Shown here: one piece after another, positions 30,254-39,179 of the stretch | Layout: every line of letters begins with the position of its first letter | Position numbering within the stretch: the first letter of the stretch is position 1 | Origin: an uncultured Acidobacteriota bacterium | GTDB taxonomy: Bacteria > Acidobacteriota > Vicinamibacteria > Fen-336 | Reading direction: 5' to 3' | Assembly (NCBI GenBank): GCA_963720545.1 | Contig: OY970399.1 | Location: forward strand, 1,376,001-1,440,000 | DNA: 64,000 nt | Program-made: the position numbers and the translations under genes | The notes under the pieces: model-generated | Seen by the model: only the letters and a program-made list of their open reading frames with translations | Databases searched by the model: none | What the model was told of the DNA's origin: nothing

Positions 30254-31645
30254 ATGCAATTTCATCGATATTTCCGGATCGGCGGAGCCACGACCTTCGT
30301 GGCGATCGCCGTGCTCATCGCAGGCAGTTCGTCGTCCATCCAGTCCCAGAACCGCGACAACTCCAGGCGGGACGAAAGCCGCCGCCAGCGCTTCACGCCC
30401 GTGGGCGACGCCGAGCAGGAAGCCGAGCCCGTGGATGCGAGTTCCTTCGCGGCGCAACAGCCCGACCGCTTCGGCAAGGTACCCCTGCGTGAGGCGCTCA
30501 CCGGGTTCGACAGCCTGACGAACGGCTTCGACGAGCAGGGGCCGGACTACTCGACGCTCGAGGAAGACACCGTCGTGGCCGGCCGTTCGTTCAACGACAA
30601 CCGCTTCATCTTCGAGGAAGTGGAGCACCCGCAGGACGGCCTCGGCCCCACCTACAACGCGCAAAGCTGCGCCGAGTGCCACCAGAACGTGGCAACCGGC
30701 GGCGCCAGCCAGATCGCCGAGCACCGCACCGGCCGCATGGTCGACGGCCAGTTCTTCGAGTCGCAGGGCGGCTCGCTGATCCAGTCGCGCGCCACCCACC
30801 CAAACGTGATGGAGCTGGTGGCCTTCGAGGACGACATCCGCACCTTCCGCATCTCCACCAACACCCTGGGCGCCGGTTACGTCGAGGCGATTGCGAATTC
30901 GACCTTGCTCGACATCATGCGCCGCCAGCCGCCCGCCATGCGCGGCACCGCGGTGCGGGTGCCGGTGCTCGAGTCGAACGGCCGTTCGCGCGTCGGGCGC
31001 TTCGGCTGGAAGGACCAGCACGCGAGCCTCGAGTCGTTCGCCGCCGACGCCTACCTCAATGAAATGGGCGTCACTTCGCCGCTCTTCCCCGAGGAGAACT
31101 CCTCGAGCGGCCGCGACGTCGCCGCCTACGATCCGGTCGCCGATCCCGAAGACGACGGCGACGACCTCGAGGCGTTCGCGAACTTCATGCGCTCGACCAA
31201 GGCGCCGCCGCGCGGCACCATCACCGGCGCCGTGCGCGCGGGCGCCTTCCTGTTCGCGCAGGCGGGCTGCGACACCTGCCACGTTGCGGCGATCGCCACC
31301 GCGCCGCCGGGCACGCGCATCAACGGCGGCAAGCTGGTGGTGCGTCCGGCGGTCGGCAACAAGATCATCCACCCGTACAGCGACTTCCTGCTGCACGACA
31401 TCGGCACCGGCGACGGCATTCCCATCCAGCCGACCCCGGAGTTCGCCGGTACCGCGAGCCAGATCCGCACTGCGCCGCTGTGGGCGTTGCGCACGCGCAA
31501 CCGGCTGATGCACGACGGCCTGTCGTTCACCAAGCAGGAGGCGATCTCCCGCCACGCCGGACAGGCCACGAGGGTGCGGCAGCGCTACGACGCGCTGACG
31601 CCCGACCAGAAGCTCGCTGTGCTCGCGTTCCTCGACTCGCTCTAG
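30254..31645 (+). CDS. Exported di-heme oxidoreductase family (DHOR-like) c-type cytochrome
   Basis: Signal-like N-terminus; GLGPTYNAQSCAECH, GRFGWK, EMGVTS, CDTCH, YSDFLLHDIG, RTAPLW, LMHDG. Confidence 0.88.
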   Translation: MQFHRYFRIGGATTFVAIAVLIAGSSSSIQSQNRDNSRRDESRRQRFTPVGDAEQEAEPVDASSFAAQQPDRFGKVPLREALTGFDSLTNGFDEQGPDYSTLEEDTVVAGRSFNDNRFIFEEVEHPQDGLGPTYNAQSCAECHQNVATGGASQIAEHRTGRMVDGQFFESQGGSLIQSRATHPNVMELVAFEDDIRTFRISTNTLGAGYVEAIANSTLLDIMRRQPPAMRGTAVRVPVLESNGRSRVGRFGWKDQHASLESFAADAYLNEMGVTSPLFPEENSSSGRDVAAYDPVADPEDDGDDLEAFANFMRSTKAPPRGTITGAVRAGAFLFAQAGCDTCHVAAIATAPPGTRINGGKLVVRPAVGNKIIHPYSDFLLHDIGTGDGIPIQPTPEFAGTASQIRTAPLWALRTRNRLMHDGLSFTKQEAISRHAGQATRVRQRYDALTPDQKLAVLAFLDSL

Positions 31646-31651
31646 CGGGCG

Positions 31652-33058
31652 CTAGCGAACCTCGAAGGGCGTCTCGCGGACGAGCTCCTCGCCCGCGACG
31701 GTGTCCTTGACGACGAGCCGGGCCGTATAGGTGCCCGGCTCGTAGGTCGCGAGCGATATCGGCCCGACCGCCGGGATCGGCGTCTCGTTCTCGTGGGTCT
31801 GCTCCGGCGCCTTGGCCTTGTCCTTGCCGTCGCGCACGATGCTGAAGCTCGCGGTGACCGCGCGCTTGCCGGTGTCCGCGGCCTTGGGGCCGTAGATGAT
31901 GGCGAGCAACTGGATCGAGTCGCCCTGCGCGAAGACGTTGCCCGCTTGCGGCACGAGTCGCGTGGTGCCGAGCGCGAACGCCGCGAGCGGATCCTGCGGG
32001 TCGGCCTGCTGCCCCTGCACGATGTCGCGCACCACCAGGAGGCCGGTGGCGCCGAAGCCGGCGCCGAACTCGAGCGCCTCGACGTCCGTGGAAGCCGTGC
32101 TGCCTTTGGCTGTGGCGGTGGCGGCGGCGTCAAGGACTGCTGCCTTCACCGTGTACTTGCCCGGCTTCACCGCGGCCCCCCAGGACGCGACGAAACTGTT
32201 GTCGGCGGAAACCTCCGCCGTCATCTCCTTGCTCCAGGTGGCGACCGGCTTGCCGACGTCGCCGATGAACTGCGCGGCGACCGCTACGCGCACCGTCTTC
32301 TTCCCTGCCGCATCCTGGACGGTGAGCCCCGCCGCATCGCCGCGGACGATGCCCGCGACGTAGGTCGAGCCGTCGCGGCCGCGGATCTGCATCATGGGCG
32401 CGATGGTGATGTTGAAGTCCTGGCGCGTGCCGTCGAGGATCGCCAGCGCGCCTTGCGGCGTTGGCTGCTGCGCGGCGGCCGTCACCAGGTGGCCGTTCGC
32501 CATGCGGTACTCGGGCGATGTCTGCACCACCCGGGCCTGCGCCATCTTCACGAACGCCGCCTCGATGCCGCTGCCTGCAGGCAGCCGGCACTCGCCGTCG
32601 AACGCGATCTCCATCTTGCCGCCGTCGAAGGTGACGCCCTCGCGGTTGCGGTAGGTCCACACCTCCGGAGTGCGCAGCTGCGCGTCGGCCGAACCGCGCT
32701 GCGCCTTCACTTCATCGGGCGCGCCGAGGAGCAGGAACGCCCGGCCGCAGTCGGTCGCGGACGATGGCTTGCCGGCGACCGCGTACTTCGTTCCCAGCTC
32801 CGCGAGGCGCTTTTCGTACGCCTCCCGGAACGCGTTCGTTTTGGTGGCGGGCGCGGGGTCGCGGCGCGCCCAGAAGATCTTCTGGAACTCCGCGATGTCC
32901 TGCGGGTCCTTGAGCGTCTTCCAGAGCTTGCCCTCTTCACCCAGCACCAGCGGCGTCACGCTGTCGAACCACTGCTTCGCGTCCTGCGTCTGCTGGGCGC
33001 CGGCAGCGGGCACGACCGATGCAACAAGCACCAGCGAGCAGGCAAGTGTGATCCTCAT
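31652..33058 (-). CDS. Secreted GWxTD-like domain protein with C-terminal beta-sandwich domains
   Basis: Signal peptide MRITLACSLVLV; FWARRDP..T..N.FREAY..R, ATDCGRAFLLLGAPD, EVWTY. Confidence 0.75.
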   Translation of the reverse strand: MRITLACSLVLVASVVPAAGAQQTQDAKQWFDSVTPLVLGEEGKLWKTLKDPQDIAEFQKIFWARRDPAPATKTNAFREAYEKRLAELGTKYAVAGKPSSATDCGRAFLLLGAPDEVKAQRGSADAQLRTPEVWTYRNREGVTFDGGKMEIAFDGECRLPAGSGIEAAFVKMAQARVVQTSPEYRMANGHLVTAAAQQPTPQGALAILDGTRQDFNITIAPMMQIRGRDGSTYVAGIVRGDAAGLTVQDAAGKKTVRVAVAAQFIGDVGKPVATWSKEMTAEVSADNSFVASWGAAVKPGKYTVKAAVLDAAATATAKGSTASTDVEALEFGAGFGATGLLVVRDIVQGQQADPQDPLAAFALGTTRLVPQAGNVFAQGDSIQLLAIIYGPKAADTGKRAVTASFSIVRDGKDKAKAPEQTHENETPIPAVGPISLATYEPGTYTARLVVKDTVAGEELVRETPFEVR

Positions 33059-33167
33059 GGCCCTCGATTCTAGGTCGTGAGTAATGCCACATCCAGGCCG
33101 CTTTACATAGATCAACATGAACAAACACTGAAGCTTGGTGAGGTATCTCGTGTTAGCCTCAAAATCG

Positions 33168-34202
33168 ATGTCTCGTATACGGATGAAGGGCCTCGTGGTC
33201 CTCGCGGCGGCCTTGTGTCTCACCCTCACACCTGACACGGCGGACGCACGTTCGCGGCGCCGGACCAGCCACCGCGCCCGCAAGGCGCCGCGGCGCGTGG
33301 TGCCGCCGCCGGTCCTGGTGCTGCCCGAAGGCGCTTCGGCGCGCGACCGCATCGTCGGCGACGCGATGCTGCGCGCGATCAAGGGCAAGGACGGCGCGGT
33401 GGTCGCCATGGATCCGCGCAACGGCCGCGTCATCGCCGTGGTCAACCCGCGGCACGCGGTGGCCGGCGCCTACACGCCGTGCTCGGTGTTCAAGACCGTC
33501 GTTGCCATCGGCGGGCTGTCCGAAGGGCTCATCACGCCCGAATCGACACACCGCTGCACCGGCCGCGGCACCTGCTCGAAGTGGGCCGGCCACGGCACCA
33601 TCGCGCTGCGCGCGGCGCTCGCACATTCCTGCAACCCCTACTTCGAGGTGATCGGCGAGGAGCTCGGCTACGAGCGCGTGCAGAAGTACGCGCGCCTGCT
33701 GGGCCTCGGCGAGCAGACCGGCATCAACCTCCAGGGCGAAACCAGCGGCGTCGTGCCCGAGTGGGTGATGCCCGCGGCCGTCGGCCACCTGTCGAGCCAT
33801 GCCACGGGCATCGCCACGTCCCCCATCCAGCTCGCGGTGCTGATCTCGGCAACCGTGAACGGCGGCATCATCTACCGGCCGCGCCTCGCTCCTGACGCCG
33901 ACTACGTTCCCGAGGAGCGCTGGCGCCTGCCGCTCGACACTCGCCTCGACGGGCTCGCCGAGGGCTTCATCTCGGCGGTCAACGAAGGCAGCGCCAAGAG
34001 CGCCTACGATCCGCAGGTCACCGTCGCCGGCAAGACCGGCACCTGCGAACAGCTCGGCTGGTTCGCGTCGTACGCGCCCGCCAGCCATCCCGAAGTGGTG
34101 GTCGTGGTGTTCCTGCGCTACGGGTCGGGCCACCTGGCTTCGGCCGTCGCCGGCAACGTTTACCACCGGCTCTACCCGAGCACCGGCGCCGCGGGTCAGT
34201 AG
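33168..34202 (+). CDS. Stand-alone penicillin-binding transpeptidase-domain protein
   Basis: SxxK (CSVFK), SxN (HSCN), KTG (AGKTGT); GAVVAMDP; signal/TM at N-terminus; alternative start at 33183. Confidence 0.88.
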   Translation: MSRIRMKGLVVLAAALCLTLTPDTADARSRRRTSHRARKAPRRVVPPPVLVLPEGASARDRIVGDAMLRAIKGKDGAVVAMDPRNGRVIAVVNPRHAVAGAYTPCSVFKTVVAIGGLSEGLITPESTHRCTGRGTCSKWAGHGTIALRAALAHSCNPYFEVIGEELGYERVQKYARLLGLGEQTGINLQGETSGVVPEWVMPAAVGHLSSHATGIATSPIQLAVLISATVNGGIIYRPRLAPDADYVPEERWRLPLDTRLDGLAEGFISAVNEGSAKSAYDPQVTVAGKTGTCEQLGWFASYAPASHPEVVVVVFLRYGSGHLASAVAGNVYHRLYPSTGAAGQ

Positions 34203-34224
34203 CCCGCACAAGCGCGAAGCCCGC

Positions 34225-36180
34225 TCAGGGCAGCGTGCTGATGGTGACGATGTTCGAGAAACCGCCCGTCGCGCTGCCGTTCTTCGCGTAGATCCCCAGG
34301 TAGTACTGCGTCCCCGGATGCAGGTTCGGGATGCTCGCGACCGCTTGCGGCGTGCTCGCGACGCTCACGATGGTCGTGAGCTCCGCGGGCGAGGTCCCGT
34401 AGTGAACCTCGTAGCTCGAGGCTCCGGGCACCGGGACGAACGGCAGCTTGATGACCCGCTGGGCGGCGCTCGGCAGGAGCGCCAGCGGCGCGCCGAGTGA
34501 GCCGCCCTCACTCAGGTGCACGATGCGCGCCACCGAGGGCACGCCGGCGGTGTCGTTCAGGAACAGCATGTAATAGCCAGGCGGCGCCAGGTTCGCGTTC
34601 GGGACCGCGCGCACGATCAGCCCGCCGGTCGTCGCCGTGAACCGCAGCGGCACGCGGCGCTGCTCGAAGTCGACCGAGTGCGTCACCGAGGCCATCCGCA
34701 TGAGCACGACCGAGGCGATGCCGAGGGGCGACGGGGTGGCAACGAAGAAGTCGTTGTCGTAGTGAATCGTTTCCGGCGCGCTGCCGATCTGAGGGCGAGG
34801 AGCTGTCGAACCGTTGGCCGTGAACAGGTAGGGGGGCGAGAAGATCTCGAAGTTCTTCTCGATGTAGCCGAGCGTCTGGCACTTGCCGCAGATGCCGCCG
34901 CCGCCGCTCAGGACGCGCGCGTCGGGCAGCAGGATGGCGGTCGAGTGGTACTGGCGGGTGCGCTGCGCCGCCGCCAGCAGCTGCCAGGTGCCGGTGGCGG
35001 GGTTCCAGCGCTCGGCGTTCAGCACCGGTGCGTTCAGGTCGACGAGCGGCGTGCCGCTCGAGTTGCCGCCGGTCGCGAGCACGCTGCCGTCGGGAAGCAC
35101 CGTCAGGTTGTGCTGGCGCCGCCCCACCACGAGGTCGCCGGTCGCCGCCGTCTGCGGCCTGCGGTCGGAGTAGAGGAATGAGACGACGCGCGCCGAGCGC
35201 GAGGACGGCCCCCCGCCGGCGACGATGACCTTGCCGAGGTCGTAGAGCCCGAACGAGCCATAGGAGCGCTTCAAGCCGTCGCCCCGCTTGCCCACGCCCT
35301 CCCAGGCGCCGGCGCCGGCGGTGTCGAGGTAGCGCAGCGCGTCGGCCGGCCCGAAGTTGAAGGCGCGTCCGCCGGGCGAGGCGTGAAGCCACGGATAGAG
35401 GGGCAGGGACAAGACCGCGTCCGTCAACGGCCGCAGGACACCGAGACTGGGAACGACGACATCCGGCGTGAAGACCTCCGGCGTGTCGTAGCCGCCGGAA
35501 GTGATGAGCATTTCGCCGTTCGCGAGCGGCGTCACCGACGGATACCAGCGGCCGCCGCCCATCACGGCCGGGCTCAGCGTCCAGGTCTGCGACATTGGGT
35601 CGAAGAAATGGACCGTGTCGAGGCCGGCCAGCGTGTGATCCTTGTTACCGCCGGCCACCAGCACCGTGCCGTCCGGCAGGTGCGCGAGGCCCGAACAGAA
35701 CAGGTTGTAGCCGGTGGTGGTGTCGACCCTCGCGAAGGCGTTGGTCGCGGGGTCCCAGACCGCCATGCGGGTGGTGTTCTGCGGATCGTGATACTTCGCC
35801 GCGGGGATGTCGCTGATCGAGTCCCAGAAGAGCAGGCGGCCGTTCGGCAGGAGCGAGATGTGTATTGGCACCAGCGGCGCATCGAACACCGCCGACCAGG
35901 CACCGGTGGTCGCGGGTGTCAACTGCGCCGGCTCGCTGTCAAGCACCGCGGGAGCGCGCAGTACGCCGTTGCTGTTGGTGTAGCCGTCGAAATCGCGCTG
36001 CAGGCGGTCGTTCAGGTCCGCGAAGCCGTCGAAGCCGAAATCCTCCAGCCGGTGCGCGGCGATCTCCTGCGCTGAGGACGAGCGGCCGCGCGGTGGATCG
36101 TGTGCGAATGCGGTCGCGGCAAGGGCGCATGCCAGCAAGGCGATGGCCGGCGCGTATTTCTGATGAGGAGGGCTTGCCAT
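34225..36180 (-). CDS. Galactose-oxidase-like copper radical oxidase (AA5; kelch propeller + Ig-like domain + Fn3)
   Basis: Signal peptide; LFCSG (Cys), RWYP (Tyr), QYHS (Tyr/His), VTHS (His), ICGKC, PPGYYMLF; C-terminal LHPGTQYY Fn3. Confidence 0.9.
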   Translation of the reverse strand: MASPPHQKYAPAIALLACALAATAFAHDPPRGRSSSAQEIAAHRLEDFGFDGFADLNDRLQRDFDGYTNSNGVLRAPAVLDSEPAQLTPATTGAWSAVFDAPLVPIHISLLPNGRLLFWDSISDIPAAKYHDPQNTTRMAVWDPATNAFARVDTTTGYNLFCSGLAHLPDGTVLVAGGNKDHTLAGLDTVHFFDPMSQTWTLSPAVMGGGRWYPSVTPLANGEMLITSGGYDTPEVFTPDVVVPSLGVLRPLTDAVLSLPLYPWLHASPGGRAFNFGPADALRYLDTAGAGAWEGVGKRGDGLKRSYGSFGLYDLGKVIVAGGGPSSRSARVVSFLYSDRRPQTAATGDLVVGRRQHNLTVLPDGSVLATGGNSSGTPLVDLNAPVLNAERWNPATGTWQLLAAAQRTRQYHSTAILLPDARVLSGGGGICGKCQTLGYIEKNFEIFSPPYLFTANGSTAPRPQIGSAPETIHYDNDFFVATPSPLGIASVVLMRMASVTHSVDFEQRRVPLRFTATTGGLIVRAVPNANLAPPGYYMLFLNDTAGVPSVARIVHLSEGGSLGAPLALLPSAAQRVIKLPFVPVPGASSYEVHYGTSPAELTTIVSVASTPQAVASIPNLHPGTQYYLGIYAKNGSATGGFSNIVTISTLP

Positions 36181-36199
36181 TGCGCTCGTCCGATGCAGG

Positions 36200-36226
36200 A
36201 AGGGGCCGCGTTTCGCGCGACCCCTT
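36200..36226 (-). terminator. Stem-loop between the PEGA gene and the AA5 gene (possible terminator or stabiliser)
   Basis: Minus strand AAGGGGTCGCG-cgaaa-CGCGGCCCCTT, an 11-bp stem with one G-U pair; no clear U-tract. Confidence 0.4.
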
Positions 36227-36255
36227 TGGTTACAAAACGAGTTTACGCCCGCTGT

Positions 36256-37278
36256 CTAGTTGCGCGGCTCGAGTTCGACGCGCAGGTCGGAATTGTCACC
36301 CGCCTGCACCTCGAGATCGCGGTCATACGTGACGAACCCGGGGCGCACCACCTCGACGCGGTGCGTGCCCGCGCTCAGTTCCACGGTCTGCACCTGGGCC
36401 GCGGTGCCGCGGAACTCGCCGTCGATGTAGATGGTCGCGTCCTGCGGCTGGAACTGCAGGCGGACGCGGCCGCGTTCGGCCTGGGCGTTGCGCGCCATCG
36501 GCCGTGAATCGCGGTCGTCGCGGCCGCCGCGATCGCCGTAGGCGGGCGCGGGACGCGCATTGTCCGGTTCGTCGGCGACACCCGCGGGGCCGCGCGCGCC
36601 GGCCAGCTCGTCGATGGCGTCGGCGCCGTCGCCTTGCACCATGTCGTAGTGCAGCTTCAGCGTCTGGCCGCCCGCGGCGTAGAGCTTCCAGGTGTGAGTG
36701 CGGTAGCCGTCCAGCTTGACCGTGACGTCATGGCGGCCGGGCGAAACGTTGAGCCGCTGGAACAAGCCGTTGTAGTCGTCGACGACGCCCGCGTAGTAGC
36801 CGTCGACGTAAACCCTCGCTTTCTGCGGCTCGACCTGGATGCGCAGCTGCGCGCGGTTGTCGTAGTCGTAGTAGCGGCCGGCGCCATAGACGGGACCCCA
36901 ATAGCCGTAGCCGCCGCCGCCCCAGTAGTAGCTGTCGTACCAGAACGGGCTGTAGCCGAAGTAGGCGTAGCTGCGCGGACCGTAGCCGAAACCGTAGTTG
37001 TAGCGGTAGGGGTAACCGTAATTGAAGCGGCCGCCGCGATAGCCGCGGCCACCGGTGCCGGTGCCCGCGCGCGGATGGCGCGCCTGCGCGCCGGTCACTG
37101 AGCCGCCGCTCGACTGGCCCTGCGAGCCGCTGCTCGAGGCGCCGGACGAGGAAGCACCCGAATGCCGTTGACCCGCGCTCGACGAACTGCCGGAGGTGCC
37201 ACTCCGGGGATGCGCATTGTCGGCCAGCGCAACAGTTGCTGACAAACCGAGCACCAGGAGCGTCGCCATCGACTTCAT
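36256..37278 (-). CDS. Secreted PEGA-domain protein with G/S-rich and Y/G-rich low-complexity N-terminus
   Basis: Signal peptide; two PEGA-like repeats (VEPQKARVYVDG..GRHDVTVKLDGY; QPQDATIYIDGEFRG..GTHRVEVVRPGF); SD GGAGG. Confidence 0.85.
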   Translation of the reverse strand: MKSMATLLVLGLSATVALADNAHPRSGTSGSSSSAGQRHSGASSSGASSSGSQGQSSGGSVTGAQARHPRAGTGTGGRGYRGGRFNYGYPYRYNYGFGYGPRSYAYFGYSPFWYDSYYWGGGGYGYWGPVYGAGRYYDYDNRAQLRIQVEPQKARVYVDGYYAGVVDDYNGLFQRLNVSPGRHDVTVKLDGYRTHTWKLYAAGGQTLKLHYDMVQGDGADAIDELAGARGPAGVADEPDNARPAPAYGDRGGRDDRDSRPMARNAQAERGRVRLQFQPQDATIYIDGEFRGTAAQVQTVELSAGTHRVEVVRPGFVTYDRDLEVQAGDNSDLRVELEPRN

Positions 37279-37324
37279 AACCGTCCTCCGATTCTTCCAG
37301 AAGCGTACTGCTGATACCTATCTG

Positions 37325-37340
37325 AGCAAACGCTGTGCCG
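37325..37340 (-). promoter_or_regulatory. Sigma54 (-24/-12) promoter for the PEGA gene
   Basis: Minus strand CGGCACAGCGTTTGCT = GG-N10-GC, near consensus TGGCAC-N5-TTGC, 46 nt upstream of the ATG. Confidence 0.75.
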
Positions 37341-37481
37341 GGCAGGCTGCGGGGCGCATGGCCCGCAAACCATTGGAATCGCTGCCAATACCCGGCCTGG
37401 CGCCCGCCGCAACTTTTTACCCTTCCGCACGGTCGTCCGCGCGTGAGGACGCTTCCGAAAGCATCGCCTTATACTGCCCGG

Positions 37482-38612
37482 GTGAGCGCACCGCGCCGGC
37501 TGCTCGTCGTCGCCGGCGAGGCCTCGGGAGATCTCTACGCCGCCGAGCTGGTGCGCGAATTGCGCCGCCTCGAGCCGGAACTTGCCGTCTACGGCATGGG
37601 CGGCGACCGGCTGGCCGATGCGTCGGCCACGCTCCTCGCCCATATCCGCGACTCGGCGGTGGTTGGCCTGCTCGAGGTGGTTTCGCACCTTTCCCACCTG
37701 CGCGCGATCTACAAGCGGATCCTCGCCCAGGTAGACGCCGAACGTCCCGACGCCGCGGTGCTCGTCGACTACCCCGACTTCAACCTGCGGCTCGCGAAGG
37801 AGCTCAAGAAGCGCGGCATCCCGGTGGTCTACTACGTGTCGCCGCAGCTTTGGGCCTGGCGCGGCGGGCGCATGCGTCACATCGCGCAGAGCGTCGCCCA
37901 CATGATGGTGATCTTTCCGTTCGAGGAGGCCCTCTACCGCGCCGCCTCGGTGCCGGTGACCTTCGTCGGCCACCCGCTCGTCGACATCATCCGCACGCCC
38001 ACCAACGCCGCCGCGTTTCGCGCGGCGAACGGCATCGCGCTCGACCGCCGCATCGTGACGCTCCTGCCGGGCAGCCGCCCCAAGGAAGTCGCGTACAACC
38101 TGCCGCCGCTGCTGCGCGCCGCGGATCAACTGGCGGGGCGGGTGGACCTGCAGTTCGTGGTGGCGCAGGCGCCGCATCTCGACGCGCTGGTGGCCGAGCT
38201 CGTCGGCAGCCGCCCGATCCGTGTGGTCGCGGGACAGACGCACGCGGCGCTTGCCGTCTCGTCTCTGGCGCTCGTCGCCTCCGGCACCGCGACCGTGGAG
38301 ACCGCCCTCCTCGACGTGCCGATGGTGGTCGTCTACCGGCTGTCGCCGCTCACGTATGCGCTCGGCCGGCCGCTGGTGCGCGTACCGCATTACGCCATGG
38401 TGAACCTGATCGCGGAGGCGCCGGTGGTGCCGGAGCTGATCCAGTCCGAGTTCACCGCCGAACGGGTGGTCGCGGAGGCGCGGCGCCTGCTCGACAACCC
38501 GGTCGCCATGGAGCGGATGCGGGCGGCTCTCGCCGAGGTGCGCGGCAAGCTCGGCGCCCCGGGCGCCTCGGCGCGCGCGGCCGCGGTGGTCGCTTCGTAC
38601 CTGCAACATTGA
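37482..38612 (+). CDS. lpxB: Lipid-A-disaccharide synthase
   Basis: VAGEASGD, VDYPDFN, YYVSPQLWAWR, IFPFE, FVGHPL, LLPGSR, ASGTATVE; GTG start. Confidence 0.96.
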   Translation: MSAPRRLLVVAGEASGDLYAAELVRELRRLEPELAVYGMGGDRLADASATLLAHIRDSAVVGLLEVVSHLSHLRAIYKRILAQVDAERPDAAVLVDYPDFNLRLAKELKKRGIPVVYYVSPQLWAWRGGRMRHIAQSVAHMMVIFPFEEALYRAASVPVTFVGHPLVDIIRTPTNAAAFRAANGIALDRRIVTLLPGSRPKEVAYNLPPLLRAADQLAGRVDLQFVVAQAPHLDALVAELVGSRPIRVVAGQTHAALAVSSLALVASGTATVETALLDVPMVVVYRLSPLTYALGRPLVRVPHYAMVNLIAEAPVVPELIQSEFTAERVVAEARRLLDNPVAMERMRAALAEVRGKLGAPGASARAAAVVASYLQH

Positions 38613-38644
38613 ACTCCGGGCACCCCTGCCCGTATCCTCTGCTG

Positions 38645-39154
38645 ATGGATCCGATCCTCGACAAGGCGCTTGCCGCACAGGGCTTCCTGGAAAAGCTCGC
38701 CGGAGCCATCCCCGGCTTCAAGGGCTACCGCGAGCGCGAGCTGCGCCGCGACGCCGACGCGCTGCAGCGCGAGCACCTGGCGGGCCTGCTGCATGCGAGC
38801 CAGAAGCCGCTCGAGCGCGCCGCCGAAGCCGCTTCCCGCGCGGGCAGCCTCGACGTCATCAACGACATCGAGAGCGCCCGCAAGAAGCTGGACCGCGTCA
38901 CCGCGCGGGTGCGCGCCGCGGACCGCGGCTATTCGGGCTTCTTCGATCCGGTCAAGGTGGACGAGCAGGTGCTGGGCCGCGTCTACCAGTTCGACCTCGA
39001 CAGCCTTGGCGGCGCCCAGGCAATCGCCGCGGTGGCTGCCAAAGCCGGCTCCGGGGCAGCGCGCAAGGAAGAAGTGCAGGCCGTGATCGACGCAATCGCT
39101 GCGTTCGAGGAACGGTGGGGCCAGCGCGAAGGCATCCTGCGCGCGGTCCTCTAA
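38645..39154 (+). CDS. Hypothetical all-alpha protein
   Basis: MDPILDK...[17 protein letters not shown]...[10 protein letters not shown]; host-like codon usage; TATCCT 6 nt upstream. Confidence 0.75.
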   Translation: MDPILDKALAAQGFLEKLAGAIPGFKGYRERELRRDADALQREHLAGLLHASQKPLERAAEAASRAGSLDVINDIESARKKLDRVTARVRAADRGYSGFFDPVKVDEQVLGRVYQFDLDSLGGAQAIAAVAAKAGSGAARKEEVQAVIDAIAAFEERWGQREGILRAVL

Positions 39155-39179
39155 CAACAGGCGAAAGAGGCAAGACCAG

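Noticed and set aside
33059..33167. AT-richer stretch as a foreign-DNA boundary or ncRNA
   Set aside because: It is short, lies between divergent genes and contains -10-like hexamers; best explained as a divergent promoter region.
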